NCBI GenBank assembly: GCA_947165365.1
Contig: CAMVAF010000004.1
Span: 289 to 64,288 of the forward strand
Source of the DNA: an uncultured Clostridia bacterium
GTDB taxonomy: Bacteria; Bacillota_I; Bacilli_A; RF39; UBA660
DNA: 64,000 bases
Direction of reading: 5' to 3'
The notes under the pieces were generated by a model. That model had not been told where the DNA came from, searched no databases, and saw only the letters and a list, made by a program, of their open reading frames with translations. A program made the translations under genes and the position numbers. Shown one piece after another: positions 41,015-50,534 of this stretch. How positions within the stretch are numbered: the stretch's first letter is position 1; each line of letters starts with the position of its first letter.

Positions 41015-41242
41015 TTATTCTGGAATTTTAAATTCTTCTAAATTACCATCTTTATTTAAAATTTTATTGACTGATTCACTAACTTCTTTTAATTTATCAT
41101 CACATTCTTTAGATAATTTAAAAGCTTCATTAAATTTATTTAATGCATCATCAAGTGGTACCTCTCCCTGTTCTAATTCTCTAACTATATCTTCTAATTT
41201 TTTTATATTTTTTTCAAAATTTATTTTCTTTTCTTTTTCCAT
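41015..41242 (-). CDS. xseB: exodeoxyribonuclease VII small subunit
   Basis: FEKNIKKLEDIVRELEQGEVPLDDALNKFNEAFKLSKECDDKL. Confidence 0.85.
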   Translation of the reverse strand: MEKEKKINFEKNIKKLEDIVRELEQGEVPLDDALNKFNEAFKLSKECDDKLKEVSESVNKILNKDGNLEEFKIPE

Positions 41243-41369
41243 ATCTTCCTCCTATTTTTTTTATATAAACTTTATCTTCGCTTAATTCTTTAATAGTGGT
41301 TTCTTTTTCATAAAATTTATTATCTTTTAAAAAGATTTCTTTTTTAATATCACCATCTTGATAAGTTAG

Positions 41370-41439
41370 ATGATATTTCAAAATAATTTATTTATCATTA
41401 AATAAATCGCAGTGACGTAATGATATTTCAAAATAATTT
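41370..41439. repeat. 20-nt perfect direct repeat spaced 50 bp apart at the 3' end of the ORF between xseA and xseB
   Basis: ATGATATTTCAAAATAATTT occurs at 41370-41389 and 41420-41439. Confidence 0.8.
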
Positions 41440-42040
41440 TAAAACACATTAATAGAATATCATCATTACTTTTATCGATTATTTCTAATTTACAACCTGT
41501 AATATCATTACTATTAACAATTAATAAATACATTTCATCTATATTATTTATACTGAGAATATATTTGCTTAAACAATAATTTAAAAAAGTTTCTTCATCA
41601 AAATTGTTATGATAATCTAATAAATTAATATCAAAACATTTATCATTGATATAGAATGAATAAGAATATTCCTTTTCTAGAATATCTAAATCATGATTAA
41701 TCATATTTTTTTTCACTAAAGATTTATTATTTTTTTGATAAAGATATTCTTTAACATCAAATATTTTATGTGAGTGATTATCATAAATCATAACATATTC
41801 TTTTTTATTAGATGAAACATAAGTTTGCATCTTTTTATAATTTGATGATACCTTAATTTGTTCATCATCACATTTAATCAAAACATTTAAATTATATCCT
41901 TCAAAAGATACTCTTGTAATGACATTTTTTTGATAATCTTTAATAACATCATTTATGATAATTAAAAGATGACTATCACATAATTTATGAAATTCCTCTT
42001 CAATCATTTTATTTTGAAACGTTAGATTCTTCATATACAT
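41378..42040 (-). CDS. hypothetical protein inserted between xseA and xseB (start uncertain; possibly 3'-truncated)
   Basis: Track ORF with no recognised motif. TGA stop at 41378 lies inside the first repeat copy. An alternative ATG is at 42007, just after the xseA stop. Confidence 0.4.
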   Translation of the reverse strand: MYMKNLTFQNKMIEEEFHKLCDSHLLIIINDVIKDYQKNVITRVSFEGYNLNVLIKCDDEQIKVSSNYKKMQTYVSSNKKEYVMIYDNHSHKIFDVKEYLYQKNNKSLVKKNMINHDLDILEKEYSYSFYINDKCFDINLLDYHNNFDEETFLNYCLSKYILSINNIDEMYLLIVNSNDITGCKLEIIDKSNDDILLMCFKIILKYHYVTAIYLMINKLF

Positions 42041-43358
42041 CTTTTACCACACTTTCTATTATACCATCTGTTAAAGTAGTCATAATAATATCATTATTTT
42101 TAACATTTTTTATACTCGATATTACTTTATCATTTTGTTTAGTTATCGTATATCCCCTTTTAATGGTTGTTATAGGATTTAAAACTTCTACTTTAGATAA
42201 TAAATTAATATAAATATTTTTTTTATTTTCCATTATATTATTTATATTTATTTTTAATCTTTTTATTAATTCATTATAATTATAGGCTTTATCGGCAAAC
42301 AAAAGTCTTGGATTTTTAAAAATAAAACTTGATTTTATCTTAGATATTTTTTCTTCATTTGAAGAAATATTTACTTTTATTGCATTAATTAATCTTTCAT
42401 ATAAATGATCAAAATTCTGTTCCTGTTTTTCATATAAACTCATGGGATTTTTTAAAATATAATTATTCTTTAAATTATCTAAGATTTTCCTTTCTTTATC
42501 CAATTTGTTAGTTATTCCTTTGGTTAATCTTATACGATACTGCATTATCATATTCAAAACATCTAAAGTATTTGGAACCGCCATTTCTGCAGCCCCCGTT
42601 GGAGTAGGAGCTCGAAGATCAGCTACAAAATCCGAAATAGTAAAATCAATTTCATGACCAACACCACTGATTATCGGTATTTCACTATCATAAATACTTC
42701 TTGCAACTATTTCCTCATTAAAAGCCCACAAATCTTCAATTGATCCCCCACCACGACCTAAAATAATTAAATCTAGTGGATATGTATTTGCAAGATGAAT
42801 ATTTCTTACAATATCATCCTTAGCATCAGCTCCTTGAACAAGGCATGGAAAAAGAATCGTTTCACATATAGGAAACCTTCTTTTAATGGTTGATAGAATA
42901 TCTCTTATAGCTGCTCCTGTTGATGCTGTAATAATCCCTATTCTCATAGGATACTTAGGAATACTTTTTTTATGTTCCTTTTTAAAAAGACCTTCTGCTT
43001 CTAATTTCTTTTTTAATTTTTCAAATTCTAAATATAAATTACCTAAACCATCCTGTTGCATATCATTTACATATATTTGATATGATCCCGTAGTTTCATA
43101 TACTGTTACTTTACCACTTACTAATACTTTCATCCCATCAACAGGTTCAAAATTAAGAGACTTTGTATTAGTAGCAAACATAATAGCAGATATCTGACTA
43201 TTTTCATCTTTCAAAGTAAAATAAAAGTGTCCTCTTGTATGATGTTTAAAATTACTTATTTCCCCCTTAATATGAATATTATTAAGTTCTAATTTTTCAT
43301 CAAACATCTTCTTTATTGATTTATTAAGAGCCGTTATTGTATAATACTTCACATTCAT
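42009..43358 (-). CDS. xseA: exodeoxyribonuclease VII large subunit
   Basis: N-terminal OB fold (IHIKGEISNFKHHTRGHFYFTLKD), GSYQIYV and GRGGGSIEDLWAFNEE. Confidence 0.9.
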   Translation of the reverse strand: MNVKYYTITALNKSIKKMFDEKLELNNIHIKGEISNFKHHTRGHFYFTLKDENSQISAIMFATNTKSLNFEPVDGMKVLVSGKVTVYETTGSYQIYVNDMQQDGLGNLYLEFEKLKKKLEAEGLFKKEHKKSIPKYPMRIGIITASTGAAIRDILSTIKRRFPICETILFPCLVQGADAKDDIVRNIHLANTYPLDLIILGRGGGSIEDLWAFNEEIVARSIYDSEIPIISGVGHEIDFTISDFVADLRAPTPTGAAEMAVPNTLDVLNMIMQYRIRLTKGITNKLDKERKILDNLKNNYILKNPMSLYEKQEQNFDHLYERLINAIKVNISSNEEKISKIKSSFIFKNPRLLFADKAYNYNELIKRLKININNIMENKKNIYINLLSKVEVLNPITTIKRGYTITKQNDKVISSIKNVKNNDIIMTTLTDGIIESVVKDVYEESNVSK

Positions 43359-43360
43359 GA

Positions 43361-43762
43361 TTATTGCTCACATTCATTTTTATAGATACCATCAAGCATA
43401 GCATTAATCATTTTAGTAACATTATCATCACTATATTTATGTGATAAATTAAGAGCTTCATCAATAACAATCTTATATGCAGTATCAGTGTATTTAAGTT
43501 CATAAATAGCAACACTAATTATTGCTTTATCCATCTTACTAAGTCTATCTATTTCCCAATTTACTAAATATTTATTAGCAAGTTTGGATAATTCCATTTG
43601 ATTATTCTTAACTCCATTTATAAGTTCTAGAACAAAATCATCAGTATTCTCTATTTCCTCTTTAACAAGACTATTAATATCATAGTCCACCTTGGCATTT
43701 TCCAAAATATAAGTTTCATAAATAATTTTACAAGCCACTTCTCTTAATTCTGTTCTAGTCAT
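43361..43762 (-). CDS. nusB: transcription antitermination factor NusB
   Basis: MTRTELREVACKIIYE...WEIDRLSKMDKAIISVAIYEL...VIDEALNLSHKY. Confidence 0.85.
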   Translation of the reverse strand: MTRTELREVACKIIYETYILENAKVDYDINSLVKEEIENTDDFVLELINGVKNNQMELSKLANKYLVNWEIDRLSKMDKAIISVAIYELKYTDTAYKIVIDEALNLSHKYSDDNVTKMINAMLDGIYKNECEQ

Positions 43763-43834
43763 TTCACATCACCTATAAAGATTATACTATATTTTAAAAA
43801 AAAATACTATTTATATTTAGTATTTTTTACATTT

Positions 43835-44287
43835 TTAATAATTTAATTTTAAATTATCCAATAAATCTTCAATATCACTTTTATATTCTATATCTGTATT
43901 CACATAAATAACACTATTATCCATTCTAATTAATAACATATAATATTTTTCAGTCTCAATATGATACAAATTATAATTTGATGTATTTTCTTCTTTAAAG
44001 TAAGTATATTTATTTTTTTCTTGATTAAAAGCATCTTGATTAGTTAGAAAAAATCTATATGCATAATCATCATCTTTTAACTTAATGAATTGTACTAAAT
44101 AATCTTTTTCTCTATTATAGGCATAACATATATCTTGAACATAATCATAATTCTTATATTCCCTATTTTCATTATCTAGATAATATCCTTCATTTAAAGA
44201 TGTTTTGCGAAATTCATCAATATTTAAGTGATAATTAGTACAACCTGATAAAATTAATATAGTTACAATAATTAATATTTTTCTCAT
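43835..44287 (-). CDS. lipoprotein, hypothetical (150 aa)
   Basis: Lipobox ILILSGC. The ATGA start overlaps the gatB TGA. Confidence 0.6.
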   Translation of the reverse strand: MRKILIIVTILILSGCTNYHLNIDEFRKTSLNEGYYLDNENREYKNYDYVQDICYAYNREKDYLVQFIKLKDDDYAYRFFLTNQDAFNQEKNKYTYFKEENTSNYNLYHIETEKYYMLLIRMDNSVIYVNTDIEYKSDIEDLLDNLKLNY

Positions 44288-45696
44288 AAACTATTTAATT
44301 TTTCCATTAATTTTTCATTTGCTGCACTAGGATCTATTTTGCCTTTACCTTCTTTCATAATTAATCCCATAAGAGCTTTAGCACTTCTTGTATTACCATT
44401 TTTATAGTCTGAAATAATCTTTTCATTATTACTTAAAACATTATCAATAATACTATTAAGTAAATTATCATCAAAAGATACATTTAATCCCTTATCACAA
44501 ATAATATCATCAATATCTTTAGAAGTTTCCATAATATCAATTAGAATATCTTTAAAGATTTTGTTATTAATCTCTTTCTTATCTAGTTTATTTACTAAAT
44601 CACGAAATTTTTGATGAGTTAATTTAGTATCTTCAATTTTTAGATTATTTTTATTTAAATATGATTGAATATCACCTAACAATAAGTTAGAGGCAATAAC
44701 TAAATTTATATCTAAAAAGTTTTCTAAATAGTCAGATATTTCTTTATTAGCAATAATTTTTTCAATGTTAATTGGAAGAATTCCCGATTTTTCATAATCC
44801 TTTCTTCTTTCATCAGGCATTCTTGATAACTCATTAATAGCATCATGAATAAAATCATCCGTTAAATTAACATACGGAATATCAGGTTCAGGGAAATAAC
44901 GATAATCATTACCCGTTTCTTTAACTCTCATTAAAATAGTAGTTCTTGTTTTATCATCAAATCTTCTAGTTTCTTCACGTAGTTTTTCGCCTTTTTCTAA
45001 TATTTCTTCTTGTCTTTTTGCTTCATAGTTAATTGCTTCTCCAACATTAGAAATAGAACCAATATTTTTTACCTCTATTTTTGTTCCTAATTCATTAGTT
45101 TTTGATATAGATACATTGGTATCACATCTCATTGAACCTTCTTCTATTTTGCAATCAGATACGCCAGCGTAAAGTAATAATTCTCTTAATTTTTCAAGAT
45201 ATTTAACCGCTTCTAGAGCACTTTCCATACAAGGTTTTGTAACAATTTCTATTAAAGGTACCCCTGCTCGATTATAATCTAATAAACTATATTTATCACT
45301 ATGAACACTCTTACAGGTATCCTCTTCAATATGCATTTCTAGTATTTCTATTTTTTTCTTTTTCCCATTGATATCAATTTCAACATAACCATTAGTACCA
45401 ATTGGTGTTTCGTTTTGAGTTATTTGAAAATTTTTAGGATTATCAGCATAAAAATAGTTTTTTCGATCAAAATGCATTTTTTTAGTAATATTTAAATTTA
45501 ATACATGACATGCTTTAATAGCAAAAGATAATACTTCACTATTAAATTGTGGTAAAACCCCAGGGTATGCCATATCTATGATATTAGCGTTGGTATTAGC
45601 AATTGAACCATAATTAGATAAACTAGGAGAAAATATTTTTTCTTTAGTTTTAAGTTCACAATGTACTTCTATTCCAATAGTTTTTCTATATTCCAT
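44284..45696 (-). CDS. gatB: Asp/Glu-tRNA amidotransferase subunit B
   Basis: IGIEVHCELKT and the C-terminal YqeY-like tail. AAGGTG RBS before the ATG at 45696. The stop codon is TGA. Confidence 0.92.
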   Translation of the reverse strand: MEYRKTIGIEVHCELKTKEKIFSPSLSNYGSIANTNANIIDMAYPGVLPQFNSEVLSFAIKACHVLNLNITKKMHFDRKNYFYADNPKNFQITQNETPIGTNGYVEIDINGKKKKIEILEMHIEEDTCKSVHSDKYSLLDYNRAGVPLIEIVTKPCMESALEAVKYLEKLRELLLYAGVSDCKIEEGSMRCDTNVSISKTNELGTKIEVKNIGSISNVGEAINYEAKRQEEILEKGEKLREETRRFDDKTRTTILMRVKETGNDYRYFPEPDIPYVNLTDDFIHDAINELSRMPDERRKDYEKSGILPINIEKIIANKEISDYLENFLDINLVIASNLLLGDIQSYLNKNNLKIEDTKLTHQKFRDLVNKLDKKEINNKIFKDILIDIMETSKDIDDIICDKGLNVSFDDNLLNSIIDNVLSNNEKIISDYKNGNTRSAKALMGLIMKEGKGKIDPSAANEKLMEKLNSL

Positions 45697-47137
45697 TTCG
45701 CACCTTCTTACTATCAAATTTTACTTTTTTTTCAATAAAACTAGCAAGTTGATAAATAGTATCCTCTTTATATAAATTACCAATTATTTGTAGTCCTATT
45801 GGTAAATTTTCCCTATTTAATCCTATAGGCATGGAAAGAGATGGAAAGCCTCCCATATTAGCATGCATAACTAAAATATCATCCATAAATCCTTTTAAAG
45901 GATCATTTTGATTCATTCCTAAATCATATGCACATCTTGCGGCAGTTGGACCTATTATTAAATCATATTTTTTAAAAGCATCAAGAAAGTTTTTCTTCAA
46001 ATCATCTCTAATTTCTAGAGCCTTATTATAATATATTTTAGCATTTTCACCACTTAGTAAATAACTTCCTACCATAATTCTTCTTTTTACTTCCTCACCA
46101 AAACCATAGCGTCTTGTCTTTTTATATAAATCATCTAAACTAGCAGGATTAGGATATGAATAACCATATTTAATACCATCAAATCTTGCTAAGTTAGAAC
46201 TTGCTTCACCCATAGCGATAATTTGATAAAGAATAGCCGTTTTATCAATATATTTAATATCTACTATATCAACTTGGATTTTATTATCTTCTAATATTTT
46301 TTTGATATTCATTATCTTTTCTTTAACTTCAGGATCAATTATATCACTAATAAAAAATGATGGAATAGCTACTTTAAAATTTTCAAGAGGTTTATCAATT
46401 TCTCTAGTAAAATCAATATCTGTATCAAAACTTGTTAAATCACGTTTATCCAAATGAGATATAGCATTTAAAAGAATAGCATTTTCATATACATTTCTTG
46501 ACATAACACCAACTTGATCAAGACTAGATCCATAAGCTACAAGTCCATGTCTTGAAATTCTTCCATAAGTTGGTTTCATTCCAACAATACCACAAAAACT
46601 TGATGGTTGTCTAACACTACCTCCAGTGTCACTACCAAGTGCCAAAGGAACAATACCAATAGATACAACTGCAGCTGAACCACCACTAGAACCTCCCGTA
46701 GTTTTATTATAATTCCAAGGATTATGAGGAGCTCCATAATAACTTGTTTCTGAAGTTGACCCCATAGCAAACTCATCCATATTTGTTTTTCCAACAATAA
46801 TCATGTGATGATCTTTGATATAATCAATACATCCAGCATCATAAATAGATACAAAATTATCAAGCATCCGTGAGGCACAAGTACATTTCATATCTTTTAC
46901 CATAATATTATCTTTAATAGCAATAGGTATACCAAATAAAATATCATCAGGAACATTCATTTCTTCAAGTTTTTTAGCTTCCAATAAAGCATAATCTTTA
47001 TATGTATTAATAAAAGCATTTAAATTACTATTTTCAATTTTTTCAAAACATTCATTTACTAATATTGTTGGGGTTATCTCACCTTTTTTTAATAGTTCAT
47101 GAATCTCTTTTAAACTTAAATCTAAATATTTACTCAT
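45686..47137 (-). CDS. gatA: Glu-tRNA(Gln) amidotransferase subunit A
   Basis: Amidase signature GGSSGGSAAVVS...GSDTGGSVRQPSSFCG. Confidence 0.93.
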   Translation of the reverse strand: MSKYLDLSLKEIHELLKKGEITPTILVNECFEKIENSNLNAFINTYKDYALLEAKKLEEMNVPDDILFGIPIAIKDNIMVKDMKCTCASRMLDNFVSIYDAGCIDYIKDHHMIIVGKTNMDEFAMGSTSETSYYGAPHNPWNYNKTTGGSSGGSAAVVSIGIVPLALGSDTGGSVRQPSSFCGIVGMKPTYGRISRHGLVAYGSSLDQVGVMSRNVYENAILLNAISHLDKRDLTSFDTDIDFTREIDKPLENFKVAIPSFFISDIIDPEVKEKIMNIKKILEDNKIQVDIVDIKYIDKTAILYQIIAMGEASSNLARFDGIKYGYSYPNPASLDDLYKKTRRYGFGEEVKRRIMVGSYLLSGENAKIYYNKALEIRDDLKKNFLDAFKKYDLIIGPTAARCAYDLGMNQNDPLKGFMDDILVMHANMGGFPSLSMPIGLNRENLPIGLQIIGNLYKEDTIYQLASFIEKKVKFDSKKVRNGI

Positions 47138-47411
47138 TAATCATCACCGGAGCCTCTACAAAATTTCCCATCTTTTTTGGAACATTTAAAAGAACATTTT
47201 CATTAGTAACAGAAATATTTTTTCTTTCTAAATCAAAAGTATTATCTGTTGGTGAAAACATTTTTTCATCATCAAAATCATCTATATCTTTTATTTTATC
47301 TACTTCATCTAACAATATTTTTAAATCTTTTTGATATTTTTGTAATTCTTCTTCCGTTATCTCTATTCTTGCTAAATCAGCAACGTGCATAACTTCTTCT
47401 TTAGTTAACAT
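47130..47411 (-). CDS. gatC: Asp/Glu-tRNA amidotransferase subunit C
   Basis: MLTKEEVMHVADLARIEITEEEL. GGAGG RBS before the ATG at 47411. Confidence 0.88.
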   Translation of the reverse strand: MLTKEEVMHVADLARIEITEEELQKYQKDLKILLDEVDKIKDIDDFDDEKMFSPTDNTFDLERKNISVTNENVLLNVPKKMGNFVEAPVMINE

Positions 47412-47444
47412 AATTTCCTCCATTTCTAAATATAATTATATACC

Positions 47445-47473
47445 AAAAAACAACTTTTTAAAAGTTGTTTTTT
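47445..47473. terminator. 13-bp-stem terminator separating the sipW operon from gatCAB
   Basis: AAAAAACAACTTT-TTA-AAAGTTGTTTTTT. It lies directly after the stop at 47475. Confidence 0.75.
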
Positions 47474-47474
47474 A

Positions 47475-47786
47475 TTATTGTTCATAAATATCGACTTTCC
47501 TATTTTTATTTCTTAATAGTCTCATTCTTTTTTCTTCTTCTTCATCAAGTTCTACTGCTTTAACAGATACTTTTTGGGCAATACTTCTTAAATTCCCAAC
47601 AATAGCCTCTTTAGCACTTTGAATACCACTTAATCTTGATGAAACATTAGAACAAATTACATCAGTTGAATAATTAGCAATTTCGCTTTGAATGCCGCTA
47701 CACTTCCCATCTATTCCAGATAAAGAACCAGCAACAGATCCTATTGCACCACTAAAAGCAGCAGCTTGTGCCATATACTTTCCCAT
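47475..47786 (-). CDS. small G/S/A-rich helical protein (103 aa), last gene of the sipW operon
   Basis: MGKYMAQAAAFSGAIGSVAGSLSGIDGK...SGIQSAKEAIVGNLRSIAQKV. The start overlaps the upstream stop (TAATG). Confidence 0.55.
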   Translation of the reverse strand: MGKYMAQAAAFSGAIGSVAGSLSGIDGKCSGIQSEIANYSTDVICSNVSSRLSGIQSAKEAIVGNLRSIAQKVSVKAVELDEEEEKRMRLLRNKNRKVDIYEQ

Positions 47787-48076
47787 TATTTCACCAAATC
47801 TCCTATTCTATCTTTTGTTTCTATATAAATATTCGAAAAATCAAATAATTTATCAGCAATCTCCTCATTATTTTTTATTATTTTATTTTTTTCTTTTTCT
47901 TGTTCCTGGACCATAAAGCTTCGAAACAACTCTCCAGCGTCTGATATTAACATTTCTTCATAATTAATTGTTGCCTGAGATATATTAGAAACAATATCTA
48001 ATAACTTTTCACTTTCAGTCTTCAAAACATTAGATAAATCAGAAAGAGTTTCCGCTGTTACACTGACCTTATCCAT
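47786..48076 (-). CDS. WXG100/LXG-associated-like small helical protein (96 aa)
   Basis: MDKVSVTAETLSDLSNVLKTESEKLLDIVSNISQATINYEEMLISDAGELFRSFM. AAGGTGGTG RBS. ~100-aa two-helix pattern with a central xDAGxxF turn and no Trp. Confidence 0.55.
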   Translation of the reverse strand: MDKVSVTAETLSDLSNVLKTESEKLLDIVSNISQATINYEEMLISDAGELFRSFMVQEQEKEKNKIIKNNEEIADKLFDFSNIYIETKDRIGDLVK

Positions 48077-48453
48077 CTAGCACCACCTTTCGTATTTTCA
48101 TCGTCATTCTTCCGATATTCATGATTTATGTTTGCAACAGTTTCTTCATAACGATATAGTGTTCTTTCCAGATAATTCATAAGTTTGGTCATACGATTAA
48201 TATACGCCAAATAATCTTTTATCATATCATTATATTTTTCTATCATAATAACATAATTATCACTTTCCCATTGAAGTTTATTTTTTTCATTATCTAAATA
48301 TCTTACTATATCAGTAAAATCATCAATATAGCGTGATACCAAATTAACATATTCTTCTATTTTATCTCCTTTTACTACAAGTTTATCCATAGACACCTCT
48401 ATCTTAACATTAATTATATCACAAACATTTCTAAAAGAAAACCTATTTTTCAT
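48058..48453 (-). CDS. WXG100-like small helical protein (131-aa ORF; 110 aa from ATG 48390)
   Basis: MDKLVVKGDKIEEYVNLVSRYIDDFTDIVRYLDNEKNKLQWESDNYVIMIEKYNDM. Central W-E-S in place of W-x-G. Confidence 0.55.
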   Translation of the reverse strand: MKNRFSFRNVCDIINVKIEVSMDKLVVKGDKIEEYVNLVSRYIDDFTDIVRYLDNEKNKLQWESDNYVIMIEKYNDMIKDYLAYINRMTKLMNYLERTLYRYEETVANINHEYRKNDDENTKGGARWIRSV

Positions 48454-48853
48454 CTTTTTTTAAAAATAATAATACGTTTCCCAATAATATTAAATAACAC
48501 ATAATTTTAATTCCATCTAAATTATTTATAAAGTAATAAAAATTCATTTTAGCATCAATCCACAAAACCATATCGCTATCAAAAATAGTACGGTAATCAA
48601 TAACAATAATGGCAATTATTCCTAAAATAGATGCTAAATTAAATAAAATATTATCTTTTACCTTATCTTTAAATAAACTCAAAACAAAAAAAAGTAAAAT
48701 TAAAAATAAAGGTATTCCTATTACCAGAATATTTACAACATCTCGATGATAATAATCATTTAAAGAAAATAAAATATACAAAGTTAAAGTAAATGCTATA
48801 ATTAAAAAAATTATTTTTGAATAAAATAAACAAGAATTAATACCTTTTTTCAT
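48443..48853 (-). CDS. four-TM membrane protein (136 aa), sipW operon
   Basis: Four hydrophobic segments. ATGA overlap with the upstream stop. Confidence 0.6.
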   Translation of the reverse strand: MKKGINSCLFYSKIIFLIIAFTLTLYILFSLNDYYHRDVVNILVIGIPLFLILLFFVLSLFKDKVKDNILFNLASILGIIAIIVIDYRTIFDSDMVLWIDAKMNFYYFINNLDGIKIMCYLILLGNVLLFLKKDEK

Positions 48854-49425
48854 ATATTATCACTCATTTCCAAAATGATTTCTGATAACTGTAAATAATT
48901 ATTAACAATCATTTGATATTGTTCATTTATAGCATCCCTAATATCATTATTTAAAACATCATATTGATAATTACTATTATTTTCTAATTCACGACAAATA
49001 TAATTAGCATTATTAATTAAATTATAAATATATTTATCAACTATTTTGTCCACTTGATTATTAACTTTAATACTACTAATATAGCCATCATTTATAATAG
49101 TATCTAAAAAATAATTATTTAAAAAATATAAATCTTTATATCTTAGTTTATCTCCAGGAATTTTTTTATATAGTCCATCATTTTTCATCAGATAAACTAT
49201 TCTCTTATATGTATTATTTGAAGAGTTATTAAAAGCATTTTCTAATTTTATAATATTATCTTTAAATTTAATTAAATTGTGATCTTTATCACTTACAAAT
49301 ACTTCTTTATTTAAATATCTTGCGTGATTAATATTAATAATTATCGTATATGACGATAATATTATTAAAATACCACATATAGTATACATAATTATTTCTG
49401 TATATTCTTTAAGAAATGCTTTCAT
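48850..49425 (-). CDS. N-terminally anchored helical N-rich protein (191 aa), sipW operon
   Basis: TM segment IIMYTICGILIILSSYTIIINI. AAGGGA RBS. It overlaps the upstream gene end. Confidence 0.6.
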   Translation of the reverse strand: MKAFLKEYTEIIMYTICGILIILSSYTIIININHARYLNKEVFVSDKDHNLIKFKDNIIKLENAFNNSSNNTYKRIVYLMKNDGLYKKIPGDKLRYKDLYFLNNYFLDTIINDGYISSIKVNNQVDKIVDKYIYNLINNANYICRELENNSNYQYDVLNNDIRDAINEQYQMIVNNYLQLSEIILEMSDNI

Positions 49426-49945
49426 TTTGTTCCCTTAAAACAACTGAATAATGATAATGTTTTTTTAAAGTATCAATAGAATCATCTGCTATATAAATTT
49501 TTAATGAGTAATCATTAGTTTTATTGCCTAAAACCTTATTACTATCTAAAACATTATCTTTTAAATTATCTAATTTACCACTTTTTATTAATTTATTATC
49601 TAACCTTAATTCATATGATAATTCATTTTTATTCAAGAAGGTATCACTACTACACCCATCCTGTGCTTCACTTGGACTAACTTCTTGAAATTCCAATACA
49701 TAACTTGCTTCTTCTTTAAGATTATTTTTAACACGGAAATAGTATACTGGTATATTGCCATCATCATCTTTAGGAACAGCGTTAAGATATGTAATAGATC
49801 CATTATTTAAAAGTTGTAGCCTAACATTATCAGCAAGCATTTTACCTTCTCTTTGATCAAAATAAATATACCAAAAATAACCACCAGCAATTGTAAAAGC
49901 AATCATGCTAATAAAAGCAATTCTAAGCATTAATAACCTTTTCAT
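49409..49945 (-). CDS. minimal TasA-like module protein (178 aa)
   Basis: GGAGG lies 8 nt before the ATG at 49945. Leader MKRLLMLRIAFISMIAFTIAGGYFWYIYFDQ. ITYLNAVPKDDDG, YYFRVKNN and NDYSLKIYIADD are shared with the other family members. Confidence 0.65.
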   Translation of the reverse strand: MKRLLMLRIAFISMIAFTIAGGYFWYIYFDQREGKMLADNVRLQLLNNGSITYLNAVPKDDDGNIPVYYFRVKNNLKEEASYVLEFQEVSPSEAQDGCSSDTFLNKNELSYELRLDNKLIKSGKLDNLKDNVLDSNKVLGNKTNDYSLKIYIADDSIDTLKKHYHYSVVLREQNESIS

Positions 49946-50528
49946 TTTTTTTGCCTCCATTCATAATATTTTTTACTAATTTATAAATATCCATTATGAT
50001 AATAAACAAGCTTGGCACCACGATTGCTAAAATCCATCCATATGATGTAACTAAAAAGTATTTAATATAACCAATCTTAGGAATTCTCATCACAACTTTT
50101 CCCATTATTTGACCTAATTCAATAGGACTACGATCAACAGTTTCATTATGATCTCCTTTAGTTACATATATTTTCTTACCATTTTCTTCTTTAACATCAA
50201 CAATTCTATGAGTTATTAAAACTCCATAATAACTAGGATCAGTTGCTCGATATGTTACAACATCTCCTTGTTTTAATTCTTTATCAGTATCTACCCTTTT
50301 AATTAACACAGCATCTTTTATTTTTATTAATGGTTCCATACTACCAGATACAATAACATAAGCTCCATATAATGGTGTTTCCAAATTCTTCGTTTTAAAT
50401 TTAAAATCAACAAAATAAACAGCAAGTAAAACACCAACACCAATTAAAAGTACTAAAACAGAATACATCAAAATACTTATCATATAGTTAAATAACCATT
50501 TAACCTCTTCAAATACTTTTTTCATCAT
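49923..50528 (-). CDS. sipW: signal peptidase I, archaeal/ER (SipW) type (201 aa)
   Basis: N- and C-terminal TM segments. Catalytic motifs VSGSMEPLI, GVLITHRIV and TKGDHNETVDRSP. Confidence 0.85.
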   Translation of the reverse strand: MMKKVFEEVKWLFNYMISILMYSVLVLLIGVGVLLAVYFVDFKFKTKNLETPLYGAYVIVSGSMEPLIKIKDAVLIKRVDTDKELKQGDVVTYRATDPSYYGVLITHRIVDVKEENGKKIYVTKGDHNETVDRSPIELGQIMGKVVMRIPKIGYIKYFLVTSYGWILAIVVPSLFIIIMDIYKLVKNIMNGGKKNEKVINA

Positions 50529-50534
50529 AAACCT

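Noticed and set aside
46576-46797. A 73-aa minus-strand ORF inside gatA.
   Set aside because: It is an alternative frame of the amidase-signature region of gatA, with no independent support.
47475-48453. A type VII (Esx) secretion locus, based on the ~100-aa WXG100-like proteins.
   Set aside because: No EssC/FtsK-type ATPase, EssB, EsaA or YukD-like genes are in or near the operon. Strict W-x-G is absent. I therefore report only WXG100-like small helical proteins inside a SipW operon.
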